From Marsupella aquatica (taxonomy: Eukaryota > Plantae > Marchantiophyta): DNA of 64,000 nucleotides. Positions 12,691-26,178 of this stretch are shown piece by piece. The notes under the pieces were generated by a model. That model was not told the origin of the DNA and did not search any database. It saw only the letters and a program-made list of their open reading frames with translations. Position 1 is the first letter of the stretch, and each line of letters begins with the position of its first letter. The position numbers and the translations under genes are program-made. Where the stretch lies: NCBI GenBank assembly GCA_973895155.1, contig OZ316892.1, positions 21,949,619 to 22,013,618 of the forward strand, given 5' to 3'.

Positions 12691-15239
12691 GGAACAAATT
12701 TACTGCAGTCTTTGTTGTCTCAATGAGTTTTCATTTATATCACAATAAGAGATTCACATAGGTTCTGTAAAAAACCCACCGGCAGACACCAAAAATCAGA
12801 GTACAACTGATAGGGCCTCAAAAGCAAGATATTTCCATAAGAGCAACCAAAACACCAATGAGATTTGGCCATTAAGAGGAGTCAGAACCTTGTCGCTCCA
12901 TTTTCAACACTATGCTTTCTTGCTTAGTTTGATTGTTTGCTTGAAAATGACCTGCTAGTACAGGTCATTGGGTCTGGATGACCTATGCACCCTAGGTTAG
13001 TACTAGCCATGGGAGGGGTTATACCTCAGAGGAGAGGAGAAGCACTCCTCATTAGTCAAAGTTGAGTCTCTTGGTATTGGTAAAGCGTGTGTTTGTGGAG
13101 AACTTCATTGTGGAGTGACTCCAGTTGGCATGTCAACATTGAGTGTTTTGGAAGGGTTCTGCCATGTGTACTGGTTTGGAGCTCCCCATAGCTAGAGTGT
13201 TGGCTTAGCTTGACTAACTATACAAATTGTGATGAAGATCTCAAGCATGATTTACTTAGCAGGCAATTGCGGCCTCCTCATCTTAGTTTTGACAAAGTGT
13301 ATACTAATTGTTCAGCTTCTAGGCTAGTTGTACTTAGCAGCCCAATTATCTGTGTGCCCAACCCTAAGTAAAGTCTTGCTAGGAACTCCACTACCACAAT
13401 TCAAATTGGATTAGAGTGAAGACTTCTCTTGTTCATTGTCTCACTTCATTTAGGTTGTTGTGCTAACACATATCCATGCACAAATCCTAGCACTACACAC
13501 CATCTAACTCTTGTAAACAAGACTTAACAACACTTAATCATATGCACAAGGAAGTTAACTAATGTGATTTGTTGTATGCTATTGGATCAATCATGGAAGT
13601 AGCTTCCAATTTACAATCTAAGGCAAGTCAGTAGGTGTGAGAGGCACCTCCCACTTTTACCCCTATAGTAAATTTACTTTGTGAAAATTAAAGCGTTTTG
13701 CTTTTAATGAGTAGTATCCTTTTTGCAATGAATTATCTACCTGAATTTTTGTAAATTGCAAGAACAAGTACAAGTACAAATTCAATCACAAAAGTTGAAA
13801 AACTTTTGTGATAAAATAGTTTTGTTACACTTAACCACTTGTGACAAGCTGCCGTTGGGCTCAGGGTTGGGCTTCATGGGCTTGTCCAAGTTAACTTCAT
13901 AGTTACCAATCTCCTTGACGTCGTTTGCACAATCGGTGTGGCTGCAATTTGCAGCACATTACCTCTCATCAACCTTTGCTGCTCCACGTGCACTTAGGCA
14001 TGGTTGACTACAATTATTTTCCTCCTTGGTTTTGAACTGATAGACCCAAATACAAAGGCAATAGTTGCACTAACCCCACCCTAAACCCATTCCGAAAGTA
14101 GTGTTTGAGACCTGATGGTATTAGGTATTGAGTACCATCACTACTTCAAAACAACATGCACATGTACAACATCCAAGGAACACATATTAAACAGTTGACA
14201 CAAGAGATATGTGATTCACTTGACTAGAGAATAGTTACGGCTATGAGAATACACATTCAAGAAAGCTTTCCGAACTCTAGATCTATCAGCCATACCAAGT
14301 CTCTATAAACTAAACTCTCCCTACCTCTTAGATGACTTTATAATAATGAGCCTAGACATTAAACTCACAAGCTAAAATTTGCTTGTGCTCGAATATTGTA
14401 GTGGCACATCTAACCTTAGTTAATCAAGTACTTGATTATGTTTAGAATAATCATGGTTACATACTAACATTCTCTAGACCAAGAGTAAATGCCTATTATT
14501 AAGGTGGGGATGCGTTGGACAGGCCCTAGTGAACTAAAACCCACTTGATAGGGCATGATCGTGCCATAAGCCTTGGGTTCAAGCTATCCACTATGCAAGA
14601 GTGACACACTACAATATAAGTGGTTTGTAAAGTAGTTATGCAATGTAGGGTAATGTAAGACCAACTTTCTATCTCCCCCCTTTGTACACGGGTGTAAGTG
14701 GTGAATGGAAAGAGGACCTTATCCCAAGCCTTTTTCCATATGCACTAGCTCAAGTCCCAGACTCCCTGCAAGATTGTTGGCAAGGATCCTTACCTTTAAA
14801 TTAGGTAAACATGGAGTTGGCCCTAGACCCCAGAGCCAAAGAAGACCCTCTCCATGAAGTAGCTGGTGAATGTATAACACAAGAGCTGGAAGACACAACA
14901 CCTACAAACTTCTACATAGGTAGCATTGAGCTAGGCCACAAAGCTGAAGTCCTAGCCTAGGGATGGTGATGGGAAAAGCAAGTTTGAGTTTGAGAGGAAT
15001 CTTGGGAATTTTTATGCTCACCACCGACAGCAAGTCACAAATGTTTGTCGCAATGTTTGTATTACTACTACTTGAGGCCCGTGGCAGCAGTTTCACTACC
15101 ATTCAATTTTGAGTGCTACCTCCTCCATACTCTTGGTTGGGGATCACTTGATCAAAATGGTCTTAAAAAGGGAATAACATGATGCATTGCAATTAAAGGT
15201 GTTGCACTAATGGAGTGTGCACTTAGCAATAGCTGACTG

Positions 15240-16650
15240 TAGGTGTTTTGTAACTTACCACTACAATGTATCAATCATAAGGTTTGTAAGGCAATGAAAC
15301 TGAAGTCAATCCCCTTGCTGACATGACACTTTGGAGAGGCCGTCACCCGAAAGTGGCTCGTAAATTACTTTTGTCAGTAATGTAATCTAACGTAACATAA
15401 GGCAAACTAAAGTGAATGCCCTCACTCACATGACACTACGGAGGGACTATTACCTGTAAGTAGTTTGTAACGTACTACTGCAATGTAATATAAGTGAACT
15501 AATGTGAATGCCCTTGCTCAGGTGACACTGTAGAGGGGCTGTTGCCTATAGGTGGTTGTAACTTTATATTGCACTGTTTGTAAGGCAAACCAAAGCGAAT
15601 GCCCTTGCTCACATGCCACTGTAGAGGGGCCATTGCCTGTAAGTGGCTGGTAACTCACTAGTGCAATGTAATGTAAGGTGAACCAAAGTGAACGCCCTTG
15701 CTCACATGACATTGTAGAGGGGCCAGTGCTTGTAGGTTGTTTGTAACTTACTATTGCAATGTAATGTAAGATGAACCAATGTGAACACCCTTGCTCACAT
15801 GACACTATAGAGGGGCAATAACCTGTAGGTTGTTTGTAACTTACTATTGCAATGCAACATAAGGGGAACCAAAGTGAATGCCCTTGCCCACATGACACTA
15901 TAGCGGGGCCATTGCCTATAGCAAAGTGATTGCCCTTGCTCATATGACAATGTAGATGACCATCGCCTATAAGTGATTTGAAACTTACAACTGCACTGTT
16001 TGTAAGGTGAACCAAAGTGAATGCTCTTGCTCACATGACACTCTAGAGATGCTATCACCTATAAGTGGTTTGTAACTTACTACTGTATGTAAGGCAAACC
16101 AAAAAGTGAATGCCATCGCAGGCATGACACTGTAGAGAGGCGATTGTCTGTATGTGGTTTGTAACTTACTACTCCGCGTAAGGCAAACCAAAGTGAATGG
16201 CCTGTCTACATGCCATTGTAGACAGGCCATGGCCTATAAGTGATTGTAACCTAGTACTCCAGTGTCTGTAAGACAAACCAAAGTGAATGCCCTCTCTCAC
16301 ATGACATTGTAGAAGGGCCATTGCCAATAAGTGGTATGTAACATATTACAGGTAAAGCAACCAAAGTGAAAGCTCTCTTACATGACACTGTAGAGAGGCC
16401 ATTGCCTATAAGTGGTTTGTAACTTACTATGGCACTGATTGTAAACACCAATTACTGCTGCACTGTGCGTATAAGACAAACCAAAGTGGATGCCCTCACT
16501 CACATGACACTGTAGAGGGGCCATAGACTAAACCCTCGCTCACATGACACCATAGAGGGGCCATCGCCTGTTTGTAAATGATTACAGTGTAAATGTAAGG
16601 CGAACCTTAGTGAATCCTGTCTGTCACATGACACTGTAGCGAGGCCGTCG
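15240..16650. repeat. Degenerate ~90-93-bp tandem satellite, ~14-15 units
   Basis: Unit like AACCAAAGTGAATGCCCTTGCTCACATGACACTGTAGAGGGGCCATTGCCTATAAGTGGTTTGTAACTTACT, with the GTGAA anchor at about 15412, 15504, 15595, 15688, 15781, 15874, 16017, 16106, 16193, 16283, 16366, 16486. Confidence 0.9.
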
Positions 16651-16737
16651 CTTTGGAATAGAGAGAGGCGCAAGGGTTTCTCCAATTCTCGAAACGATGC
16701 ACGACATTTCATCAGTCTGCGCTGAGAAATCTGAACA

Positions 16738-16758
16738 CAGCAGCAGCAGCAGCAGCAG
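16738..16758 (+). repeat. (CAG)7 microsatellite in the presumed UTP4 leader
   Basis: Seven consecutive CAG triplets. Confidence 0.9.
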
Positions 16759-17361
16759 CTCAATCGAGCTTCGCTTCCGCTTCAGACTCAGCTCTCACAG
16801 GTCCTCTCCGTCGGCGTAGTTCCCACTTTTCCATGTTCGAATGTCGTGAAAGCGGCGCAGCCACATTTTGTGCAGCCGACAAATTTCGGAGTAGTGTAGT
16901 GAAGTCACTGAGGGAGATTTCAGCGGAGGTGGGAGCAGGTATCGCAATCCAGTCGTGGAGGATCATTCTCTTTGGTGGAATGTGGTGAAAGCGGCGCAGG
17001 GACATTGTCTTGGAGCTGAGAGTGTTGAACTTGTTGGAAGGGACTTCGGCGGGGTGGGGTTGTGGAGGCACGCTTGCAATCCAGCCGTGGAGGATGCAAC
17101 CTGGTCGTTCGATTCAGTCTTTCGGGGACTGTCTGCTCGAGACAAAGGTTCGTTCGCTTGTTCGTTCACAGTGTTTCTCTGCGCTTTCGTTGCTCACTAG
17201 AGTACCGCTTCTGTGGCCGAATCCGTCAAGTGGTTAATCGTCACGCTGGTTGTGCGCATCTTTGTGACTCAGGAAGGATGCTGTCTTGTTTCACCTGCTC
17301 TGTCGCGGTCTTCATGCTACGTTGTTGCAGTCGATTTGAGTTTCGTGCGATTTGTGGACGT

Positions 17362-17380
17362 TAGGGTTTAGTTAGGGTTT
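17362..17380 (-). promoter_or_regulatory. Two adjacent telo-boxes (AAACCCTA) upstream of the UTP4 start codon
   Basis: TAGGGTTT at 17362-17369 and 17373-17380. Telo-boxes are established cis-elements of plant ribosome-biogenesis and translation genes. Confidence 0.5.
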
Positions 17381-17605
17381 TGGGAGTGTGTTGTTTTTGC
17401 TATATCTGGTGGGTGAATTGTACTTTGTGGCCTTTGCAGGTTGGAGGGCACAACTGTGCGCCGCGGAGAGCAATCAGTTGAATCTGACACGAAATACGCT
17501 GAAGTTCTGGAAGGGACGTGCTTCTTAAATGTGAGAAGAGAGACAATCCTGAAGCTGGATTGTTTTGGACCGTATATATAGAGGCCCCCAGCTTGTTGAG
17601 TGGCG

Positions 17606-20600
17606 ATGCTGGAAGTGCACCGATGGCGGCAGATAGATTGGAGGCCTTCGGCAGTGGTGGCACTTGCGACTAGTGTGAATGGAACGGTAGTGGCTGCTGC
17701 GCGAGAAAATGGGGCTATTGAACTGTGGAATGTTGCCCCGGGGTCGGTTGGTTGGCACTGTCTTCTGGTAAAGCTCTGTTCAGTGTCACGAGTATTTTAA
17801 CTTCCAGTGCACTATCTACAATCCGAAGGTCCTCAATGTTAGTTCAGGGCCTACTTGCGTTTTTCTCTTGACCCCCTTTGCAGAACCTTGGTTCATATTT
17901 CGGTGTTGAATCTTTTCATTGTTGTGGACGCGTTGATTCTCAGACCATACCGGGAAAGGAAGATGCTGCGATCTCATCTTTGGTCTGGTGCAAGTCTTGG
18001 GACGAGGAAGTGTGTCCCCTCGGACGATTGTTTTCCGCTGGACTGGACGGGTTTATAACCGAGTGGGATCTACAAACGCTTCACCCCAAGGTAGAATCTT
18101 CATATTGTCTCAGTTGTTAAGTCTGGGACTGAATTCACCAATGCCGAAACCCATGAGTTGGGAGCTTGAGCTGATGGCGGAATGGCCCCTCTTCGCAGGA
18201 GATCGTGGAATCATATGGTGGGTCGGTCTGGCAGCTGGCGGCAGAACCTTTCGCCCAACCAGTCCAGTCCTCCAAGACCGGCAATGGGAACATTGGGATC
18301 CAGAATGGAGCCCTTGATGACAGTGACGAAAGTTCAGATGAGGATGATAGTGATAAGGAGGATAATAGACATGTAGAGCAAGAAGCAGCTGAGCAGCGGG
18401 TAGCTGTAGGATGTGACGATGGATGCCTGCGGCTGTTCACGGTCCGTGACAGTGACGAGGGGATGGTGTATCGGAGATCCTTTCCACGAGTGACAGGTTG
18501 GAGTCGTATTTGAGTGCAGGATAGATAATAGACAGGATTCTTCAGTTCTGCCTCAAGAGCTTCATCGTGCGTTGTTCTTGCTCCGATTAGACTATTGTGT
18601 CATCAATATAGGAGAGAAATTGGTATTGTTATTGTCTGCAGAAAACCTCCCATTTGTGCATTTCTCAGCTTCCAGCCTGGTCGGAATTATTGAACCTCTT
18701 TGCCTGGACTATGGGCAGGGCGAATTTTGAGTGTGGCGTGGAGCGTCGATGGGTCAAAAATCTACTCTGGTGGATCTGATGGGTACGATTTTGGAAGTCC
18801 TTAGTCACGTTTCTGCGTGGCAGACTTCAGATGAACCATGTTTCTTTACCATACATAATGTGATTGAAGTGTAGCTTGCTTCGAAAGTGTTCTCTGTTGT
18901 TGTTATTCCAACCTCTAGAAATGACCCTGGGAGTAACGACTCATTTTTAAATGCTGCAACCCTTTGACATGGATTACCGATGAGACATCTCTTGTTGTTT
19001 CATGTTTGGTATGCTAAATCCGAGATGTTTTTAAAATGCAGGTGTATACATTGTTGGGATTCGTATAAAGTACAGGAGCTGTTTAGGATCACGGCTGGAA
19101 TTGGAGGTCTCGGGGGAGGTGCTGAACTATGCGTGTGGTCTCTGTTGGCCCTCAGGTGAGACTTCATCAGCGTCAGTCGGGCATCTCTTCCCGACTGTTT
19201 GTGCATTCCGGAGCCAATATCATTCTTTCATTCCTTGTCAGCTATTACTAGCTGAGCTCACTTTGGCAAAGACTGTTCTTTTGATCGACAATTGAATCCT
19301 TGGTCAATGTAGTCCACTTCGTTCGGATGTGGAGATTTGTAGAAACACTCTGAAATGATCGGTTTGTGGATTTGTTTGTTAATGAAGGGATGGAACCATA
19401 GTGAGTGGTGATAGCTCTGGGAGCACGCAGTTTTGGGAAGGGAAGCATGGAACCTTGATACAGGCCCTAGCAAAGCATGGTGCTGATGTCCTGGCTTTGG
19501 CAGCTGCTCCTTCTCATCGTGGTGTCTACGCATCTGGGGCCGACGGTCAGGTAGAGCTGAGTCCGTTTGCCCATTCGCGTTGCTTTCCTACGTTATTTGG
19601 AGGTTGTCTAACAGTCGGACTTTGGATATATGACAGTCTTGTTTGTCAACATTCGATCAGGTGATTTTATACCAACATGTGGATTCAAGCGTCAGAGAAG
19701 ATGGAGTTGCTGCTGGATCTGCCAACACAGTGGGTGCTTTGACTGACAAGTGGGTCTTCGTCGGAAGCAAGCGTACCCATACACATGACGTCAGGGCTCT
19801 AGCCGTGGCTTTTCCATGTGCAGACGAAGAAGGTTGGCTTCCTCTGTTGTTCATTATGGGCTGGGAGTGCAATCAGTAGCGAAGTAAGCCCTTGTTACTT
19901 TTCAGTCGAATGGGCACTGACTGAAGATTTTTTGGGTGGTTTTTGGCAGGCGAGACTACTGAGAAGAAAGTTGAGAAGAAGATACGCAAGAGAGACTATC
20001 ACGGAACGAGTTCAGATCATAAGAAATGGCTGCGGCCAGGAGCCGCAATGTTAATCTCGGGGGGAAATGACTCAAAGCTTTTCACATATCCTGCCAATGC
20101 ATTTCTTGCTTTTCATCCCCATGAAATTTGTGCAGCCCCTCAGCGTCCACACGTGCAGCTTACAAGTGAGGTTGGAAACGGTGGGGGTACTATGTTCATG
20201 GCTCAGTACTCGACTTGGGTTGATGTATGGAGGACAAATACGAAACCCAAGAATATAGTATATATGAAAGACGGCTTGGATTTCAGAAAGGACGTCTTAG
20301 GAAAGAGAAAGGCAGTAGATGAAGGGAACCATGTCTCAAGGAAAAATATGAAGTCCAATGGTGGTTTACATGTGAAGAGTGCATCTGATTTTCCAGCTTG
20401 CAACGGAAAGGATGAAAAATTGGGATCTGAGCGGGCAGAGAATGGAAAGACGAAAGGGATCTCTCCTGAGCTTGTGGCAAGAATAAAGTCCAAGTCAGTC
20501 GAACACATTTGCTGCAGTGCAATATCTAGTAATGGACTATATGTAGCATTTTCTGATCGGCTGAAGCCAAGGCTATATCAATTGGAGCACGCGAAACTAG

Positions 20601-22017
20601 GTTCACAGAGTTCTACGAATTCGAGGGGTATTGCCAAGAAGAAGCTTCCTGCAAGCATTCCGGCCGCTCAAAGTATTCAGTTCACTCATGATAACTCTAG
20701 GCTTTTGCTTGGTCGTCCTCATCAAATCCTGGTGGGTCAATCGAGCCCAGATATTTGCTACTACCTCTTATTTAAAAGTAGTGTCTTACAACTTGCATGG
20801 TTAAGCGATTCTCATTTCCTTGGCGTATCCTGATTTGTACAGGTTATCGATGTGGCAGACGCCAAGGTGGTTCACTCATTCCATGTGGACGCACCAGTGG
20901 CATCTGGAGAAGGGACCACGGGTTTATCTCCTTTGAGGTTAATGTGTACGAGTGCCGACAGTCAATGGCTTGCTGCAATCACAAGCAGTGGCCATGTTCA
21001 CGTGTTCAACCTAGAAACTTTGAAGTACGTTTTATTATTTTCTTTTAGCAAGAGCACGTTTGTACATTATTTCAGCAGCATCTAGTTTGTGTCGGAAGGT
21101 GTAGGGTTTCCCCTAACCCCTAATCTTGAACTGAATCGGGTAATGGGCATATTTTACTCAAAATGTTGTTGCTGAAATATGCAGTACAGTATAGTACGGT
21201 ACAGTTCGTGACATTTCCTCAAAATGATGCGTCTTTACTTGTTATTGCAGGCATCACTGGTCTATCCCTGTACCGGATGGAAGTGTAGCAACATCAGCGA
21301 TATTCAGGCTTAGTACTAGCAATGTGCTCATAATTAGTACGTCGACAAACCAAATACATGTTCTCAATGTTGAAGCCAAAGAGTTGAGTGAGTGGTCCGC
21401 CGTCAATGGAGCACAGATGTCTCGTTGTATGCTGGAGTTTCCAGGAGCTATCATTGGTCTCTCCGTTCCACCTAAATCAACTTCTACTTCTGTAATCGCA
21501 TATAGCCCAAGGTTCGCTCTCTACCCCATACGATATTGCAGAATTGAAAACCTTAAATTTCGTCGTTTCTTTGGGTCTGAATTGTCGGTCAGTGGATGGA
21601 GCCTTCCTCGAGGTGGAGTCTGAGCCCATATCACTCTGGTATAATTTTCGTGTTTTGTCCTTTGACAGAATTGTGTTTCTGGTTGTTTGGTTCAGAGCAA
21701 TGTGCAAGATAGACTTCAGTAAAACATTGAGCGAGAGTACCTTGGATGCGAGAGGAGATGAGACCTCAGGAACGTCAGCTGAAGCAAGTCCCTCATCTGC
21801 ACAGAATAATCATGATTATGCCAGCGAGAATGGTGTTGAGCATAAGGTTAATGGTCATTCGAATGTGAATAGCAATTTTGTAGTGGTACATTTCAAGAAT
21901 CCTGTCCTTTTCTTAGGGCATACTAGTCCTAGTTCGGTCTTAGTTGTAGAGAAGCCTTGGTTGGATGTGTTGAGGAAATTCCCAGCACCAGTTTTCAGGC
22001 ACTTGTATGGTACTTAA
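17606..22017 (+). CDS. UTP4: WD40-repeat U3 snoRNP/SSU processome component UTP4 (cirhin; plant POPCORN), ~11 exons
   Basis: Begins [21 protein letters not shown]...[12 protein letters not shown]. Internal motifs [50 protein letters not shown]. Ends [35 protein letters not shown], a typical UTP4 C-terminus. Introns are GT-AG. Confidence 0.93.
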
Positions 22018-22766
22018 ATTTGCTCAGTGGCTTCTTTTGCTTCTGCGTCTTGTTCATGTTGGTGCAACCTATTACCTTCTCATCCCTTTGCAGGCCATCA
22101 TTTACGGTAGGATGAAAATCCATGCATGTCTGGTTATCATATGCTGAAATAGTAGAAGAAGTTTGTTGCGGTTCTGTGGTATCCTTCCTTCATTTGTGCT
22201 TACAATATGGATGGACATACTTGACGCTGAATTCTCAGATGATGTCCTGACTCAGCTATGGGCCTTTCAAGTCTCTGTCGAAGTAATTCTCTTGATAGCC
22301 TACCTTCTTCACTTTTTTTTGCGCGAAATGTTTAATGGATCCTTCCTACCTGAATAGTTTGATCAAATGTCCGGACACTGCTCATTATGAATAACAAGGA
22401 GTGAGTTTGTCTTAGAGGAATTTGTCATCTGGGGACCTTTGCGATTCATTTCTGACTGTATCCAACTTTTGACGCACATGATGCAATGACGTGTCAGATT
22501 TAGTTTATTTAACCCCGAAATCAAAGGATTATGGAGATTGGGATTCAATCTTCCAAGGACAACCTTAAAAATGAAGTGCACGTCAATGCCGCATATAAAT
22601 CCCCTTGGATGAGATTGTCTCGCACTTTCAGTCCACTTAGTGGCAATCTCAAAGTAATTACTTGGAAGCTTTTGGAGAGGCTTTCTGTACTGCTTGTCAT
22701 CTAATAATATTGGAGATCAGTAGGGGTCTCAACCTGGCTCCCCACTGTTGTGTTGTCTTAGGGTGG

Positions 22767-22944
22767 TCACTTCCATAAATGCCATATTACTCGACTCACT
22801 TCCATAAATGCCATATTACTCGACTCACTTCCATAAATGCCATATTACTCGCTCCAAAGTATATGGCCATCTAAATGGTTTTGCAAAATCACTTGATGAG
22901 TGATGGCCATCTAAATGGTTTTGCAAAATCACTTGATGATTGAT
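22767..22944. repeat. Two adjacent short tandem duplications (29 bp x3, 40 bp x2)
   Basis: TCACTTCCATAAATGCCATATTACTCGAC x3, then ATGGCCATCTAAATGGTTTTGCAAAATCACTTGATGA(G/T)TG x2. Confidence 0.9.
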
Positions 22945-23966
22945 GCTGCACAATTTTATATATTGAATTATGGATGTCATAAATGATCCAAACCTTAGCC
23001 CCGTGATCTATAATCCTCCATAACATGCAGCACAATTTCATATATAGTGAATTATGGATATGGATGCCGTAAATTATCTAAACCTTTGCCCTGAGAGGTA
23101 TGATCGATTGATATTGTAAAACTTAACTTTGCCCTGTGATATGTATGATCGATTGATGTTGTAAAACTTTATCTAGAGTGAATTATGGAAAAAATTTGGA
23201 CGTCATAAATAACCCAAGTCCTTTACCAATCGTCCATATAGTGATCCTCTACCAATCATGTTGTAGTATGTATACTAGTTGTCTCACTTGCTTTGTAACT
23301 ATTATATTGTGGGCACTAGATAAAGATTAAAATAGTTTTTTTTGTGAATCCTTATGATTTATGAAATTAAATTTTATCAACATTAGTATATATCCCCAAC
23401 CAAGTTTTTAATAGTAAGATAAAGAAAATCCCAATTATGTGCCCAGACTTCAAACAATTAAGCACTCGCTATATTATAACTGTAGGTTATATGAGCCCAG
23501 GCCGACCCCTGAGGTTGCCCGAATCAATCTATTCAGTTGATTAGAAGTAGAGCCTACATAAATTGGATCCTTTTTCCATCTATATATTTAGATAGAATAG
23601 ATCATCAGGACTTGGGCTGCAGTTCATGGAACCTTGTATCGAACGGACCGGGTCAAACTATCTTCAAAACCTTCTTTTATCTGCACGCGTAGCTCACGGT
23701 AAGATCATCACGACAGCCAACCAACCCCCTTACCTTATACTTCTGTCAACGTCATTACGAAGAATTCCTGTTGCTCATGCATCTCTCACCTGACTTCTCG
23801 GGCTGGGTGAGATTTTGGAAAGTACTCCTCTAACATGTTCAGTCTTTGGCCTGCAGGAGATTAATGGCAAGAAGAAGCCTTTGCAAGCTGTAAAAGGAGA
23901 AACGAGGATGATCATCAGACTCCCTGTTTCAGTTCATGTAAAAGGTATACACTGGTGCCAGAGTTT

Positions 23967-25112
23967 CAGAATTAATCCATGGACCCCCATGTTATATTAG
24001 AGGCAGTTATCTAAAAACTGAAGCCTAAATGGACCTCCAAATCTAAAGATTTTTTTTTTCAAAAATGGACAAGTCAATGTTTGACACTTGAAACAGTTGC
24101 CAAATTTACCAAAGGCAACCATAAAAACATCAATTGTAAAACCAGCTACAATGTGAACTATTGTTTAATGTGTGGGTAGTTTAATTGCCCACTTCAGTAA
24201 AACGGTGCTCGACGGTTTCTCCCACGGTACCGACAGGATGTTGGATGCACTCAAGTTGCATCAAAAGTAATCACTTTCAATTCCTACACGTAGATAGACG
24301 AAGAGAGAAAAGTCATTGGTGTCATCAAATCATTAACTTTGCATAATCATTTAAGACAAAAAGGTTCATGGAAGCAAATCTCCAATTGTGGAATTTGGAA
24401 TTGATCGAAAGCTAGAAAAATTTAGAAACTCATGACCACTTTAGTACTTGATAAAATCTCCCAATGTTACACTCATCGGAAAACTAAAGAACATTACAAA
24501 CTTATAATCTCTACTAAATCTATCAATGTTAAGTTCATTAAAAAGCTAAAGAATTTTAAAATTCATAATCTCTTTAGTACTCAATAAGATCTGTCAATTT
24601 TAGGTTCATTCTCATGGAGGGGGTCAACATTCCAGGGGTTGTACAACAAAGATTTCTATTCACATTAGACATTATGAAATCACGGGTAAAATTTATTTTT
24701 CAAATTACTTACTCAATTCTTACCAAATGATGACAATGTTGAGCTCATTAGGACGTCTCTTCAAGATCTTCCTAACGCCATATTATATGTGAGTTTTCAT
24801 TATAATTTGACTCAGCAATGTCAAATCTAAAATTGCTATTGAGAAAATTTTATGTTTTGAATAAAATCAAAATATAAATAAAATAGTTATTGAGAGTAGT
24901 TTTACCTTAATCTTTTTGTCTTTTGATTTGCATGTCAATTTTTTTTACAATTTTTTTATGTCCCCGTTTTTACAGAAAACTTGTCACAAACACGAATGCA
25001 GAAGTTAATTTTGTCCAAAAACAAATTTCTTCCTATTTGCAACGTGTCAGGATGATGTGGCGCAATGTGGAGCCAATAATTTTGCAAAGGACCCCTAATG
25101 GGAGTCTGTAAA
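23967..25112 (-). mobile_element. ~1.15-kb non-autonomous element, left copy of an inverted pair (Helentron/HINE-like ends)
   Basis: Colinear reverse complement of 35694-36857 along its whole length. The ends carry GGACCCCCAT and ATGGG(G/A)GTC, and the inner end forms a GGACCCC-N5-GGGAGTC hairpin. Confidence 0.8.
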
Positions 25113-25606
25113 TATTTATGAGTGTGAATCTTTTAATGTCAAAGGTGAGTTAGTTCTCCCTCATACAAGAAATATATGGAGCATTTTCTTGCACTCTAAT
25201 GATGTACAGCAGATGGTATGTGAGGCCACTGTCAATGTTTACTACACTGTCTTTCAATTAGCTCCTGGTGCACGGAACGTCAGGAGCTACACTTCATCAC
25301 TAGTCCGCAGGACTTTTATTTTCGATTAGTTGCAGATTTCCCCCAAACTTCTGACATAAGAGGAGATAAGATATGGACCATCGTCTTGCACCTGATCATG
25401 TACCGAAGGGGGAAAATGAGTATCCTATCTGTGCCTCACTTGAATAATGATGTTTATCAGATCAAATGCTGTATCAGGGAGCCACACTTCCACACTGTCT
25501 TCCTTTTCTTCATTAGTCAGTTTCTTTTCAATCTGCTGCACGTATCTCCTTTTTGTCATAAGTTAGTCTTCCTTTCAATCAGATTGCCAGGTTGTTGGGG
25601 ATACTG

Positions 25607-25634
25607 GTGTATATAAGGAGCTTCTTATATACAC
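25607..25634. promoter_or_regulatory. Palindromic double TATA box upstream of the F-box gene
   Basis: GTGTATATAAGGAGCTTCTTATATACAC is a near-perfect 28-bp palindrome with TATATAAG on each strand. It is followed by a pyrimidine-rich leader and a probable 5'UTR intron (acceptor TCTCCAG near 26047). Confidence 0.55.
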
Positions 25635-26178
25635 TGAACTCCAACTCCAACTCACATCATTCAGTTTGTTTCTCGATCCCTCTCTCCTTTTTTCTTCTCT
25701 CTCTGAGCGTAGACCTGCCCTCACTCCGATCGGACGAGGCTAGCTCCTAGCGCGACACGAGCTTGAGAATCTGCACACGACCACACGAACACGTAGGGAG
25801 GCTGGAGACGCAGTTGAGCGGGGAAGTCGTGTTGAGACGGCTCAGGGACCTGGAGGACGAGTATTGACTTTCACAATTTGAACTTCCGAATCGCTGTTCA
25901 TTTGAGGTGCCATCTCTGACTTTCTTTCGTTTGCCCTTCTTGAAACCTCGATAATCAAAATGGCGCTAGAATTATAAAACAATAAAAATAAAAGTGTAGC
26001 TAGTAAGAATTGTGACTTTATATTAATATCGTTTTGACTCTCTCCAGAGTTGTATTGTAAAACTGAAGGAAGCTCCGTGGAGCTTGACTGTCTCCAAATT
26101 TCATTGCAAAACTGAAGGAAACGGAGATCCGCGGATCTTTAAGAAACGTCTCTCACGAGTTCATCGGAACCTCAAGAA

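Noticed and set aside
15518-16451. Several minus-strand ORFs of 66-165 aa
   Set aside because: They are translations of the ~92-bp satellite, with frames shifting between units.
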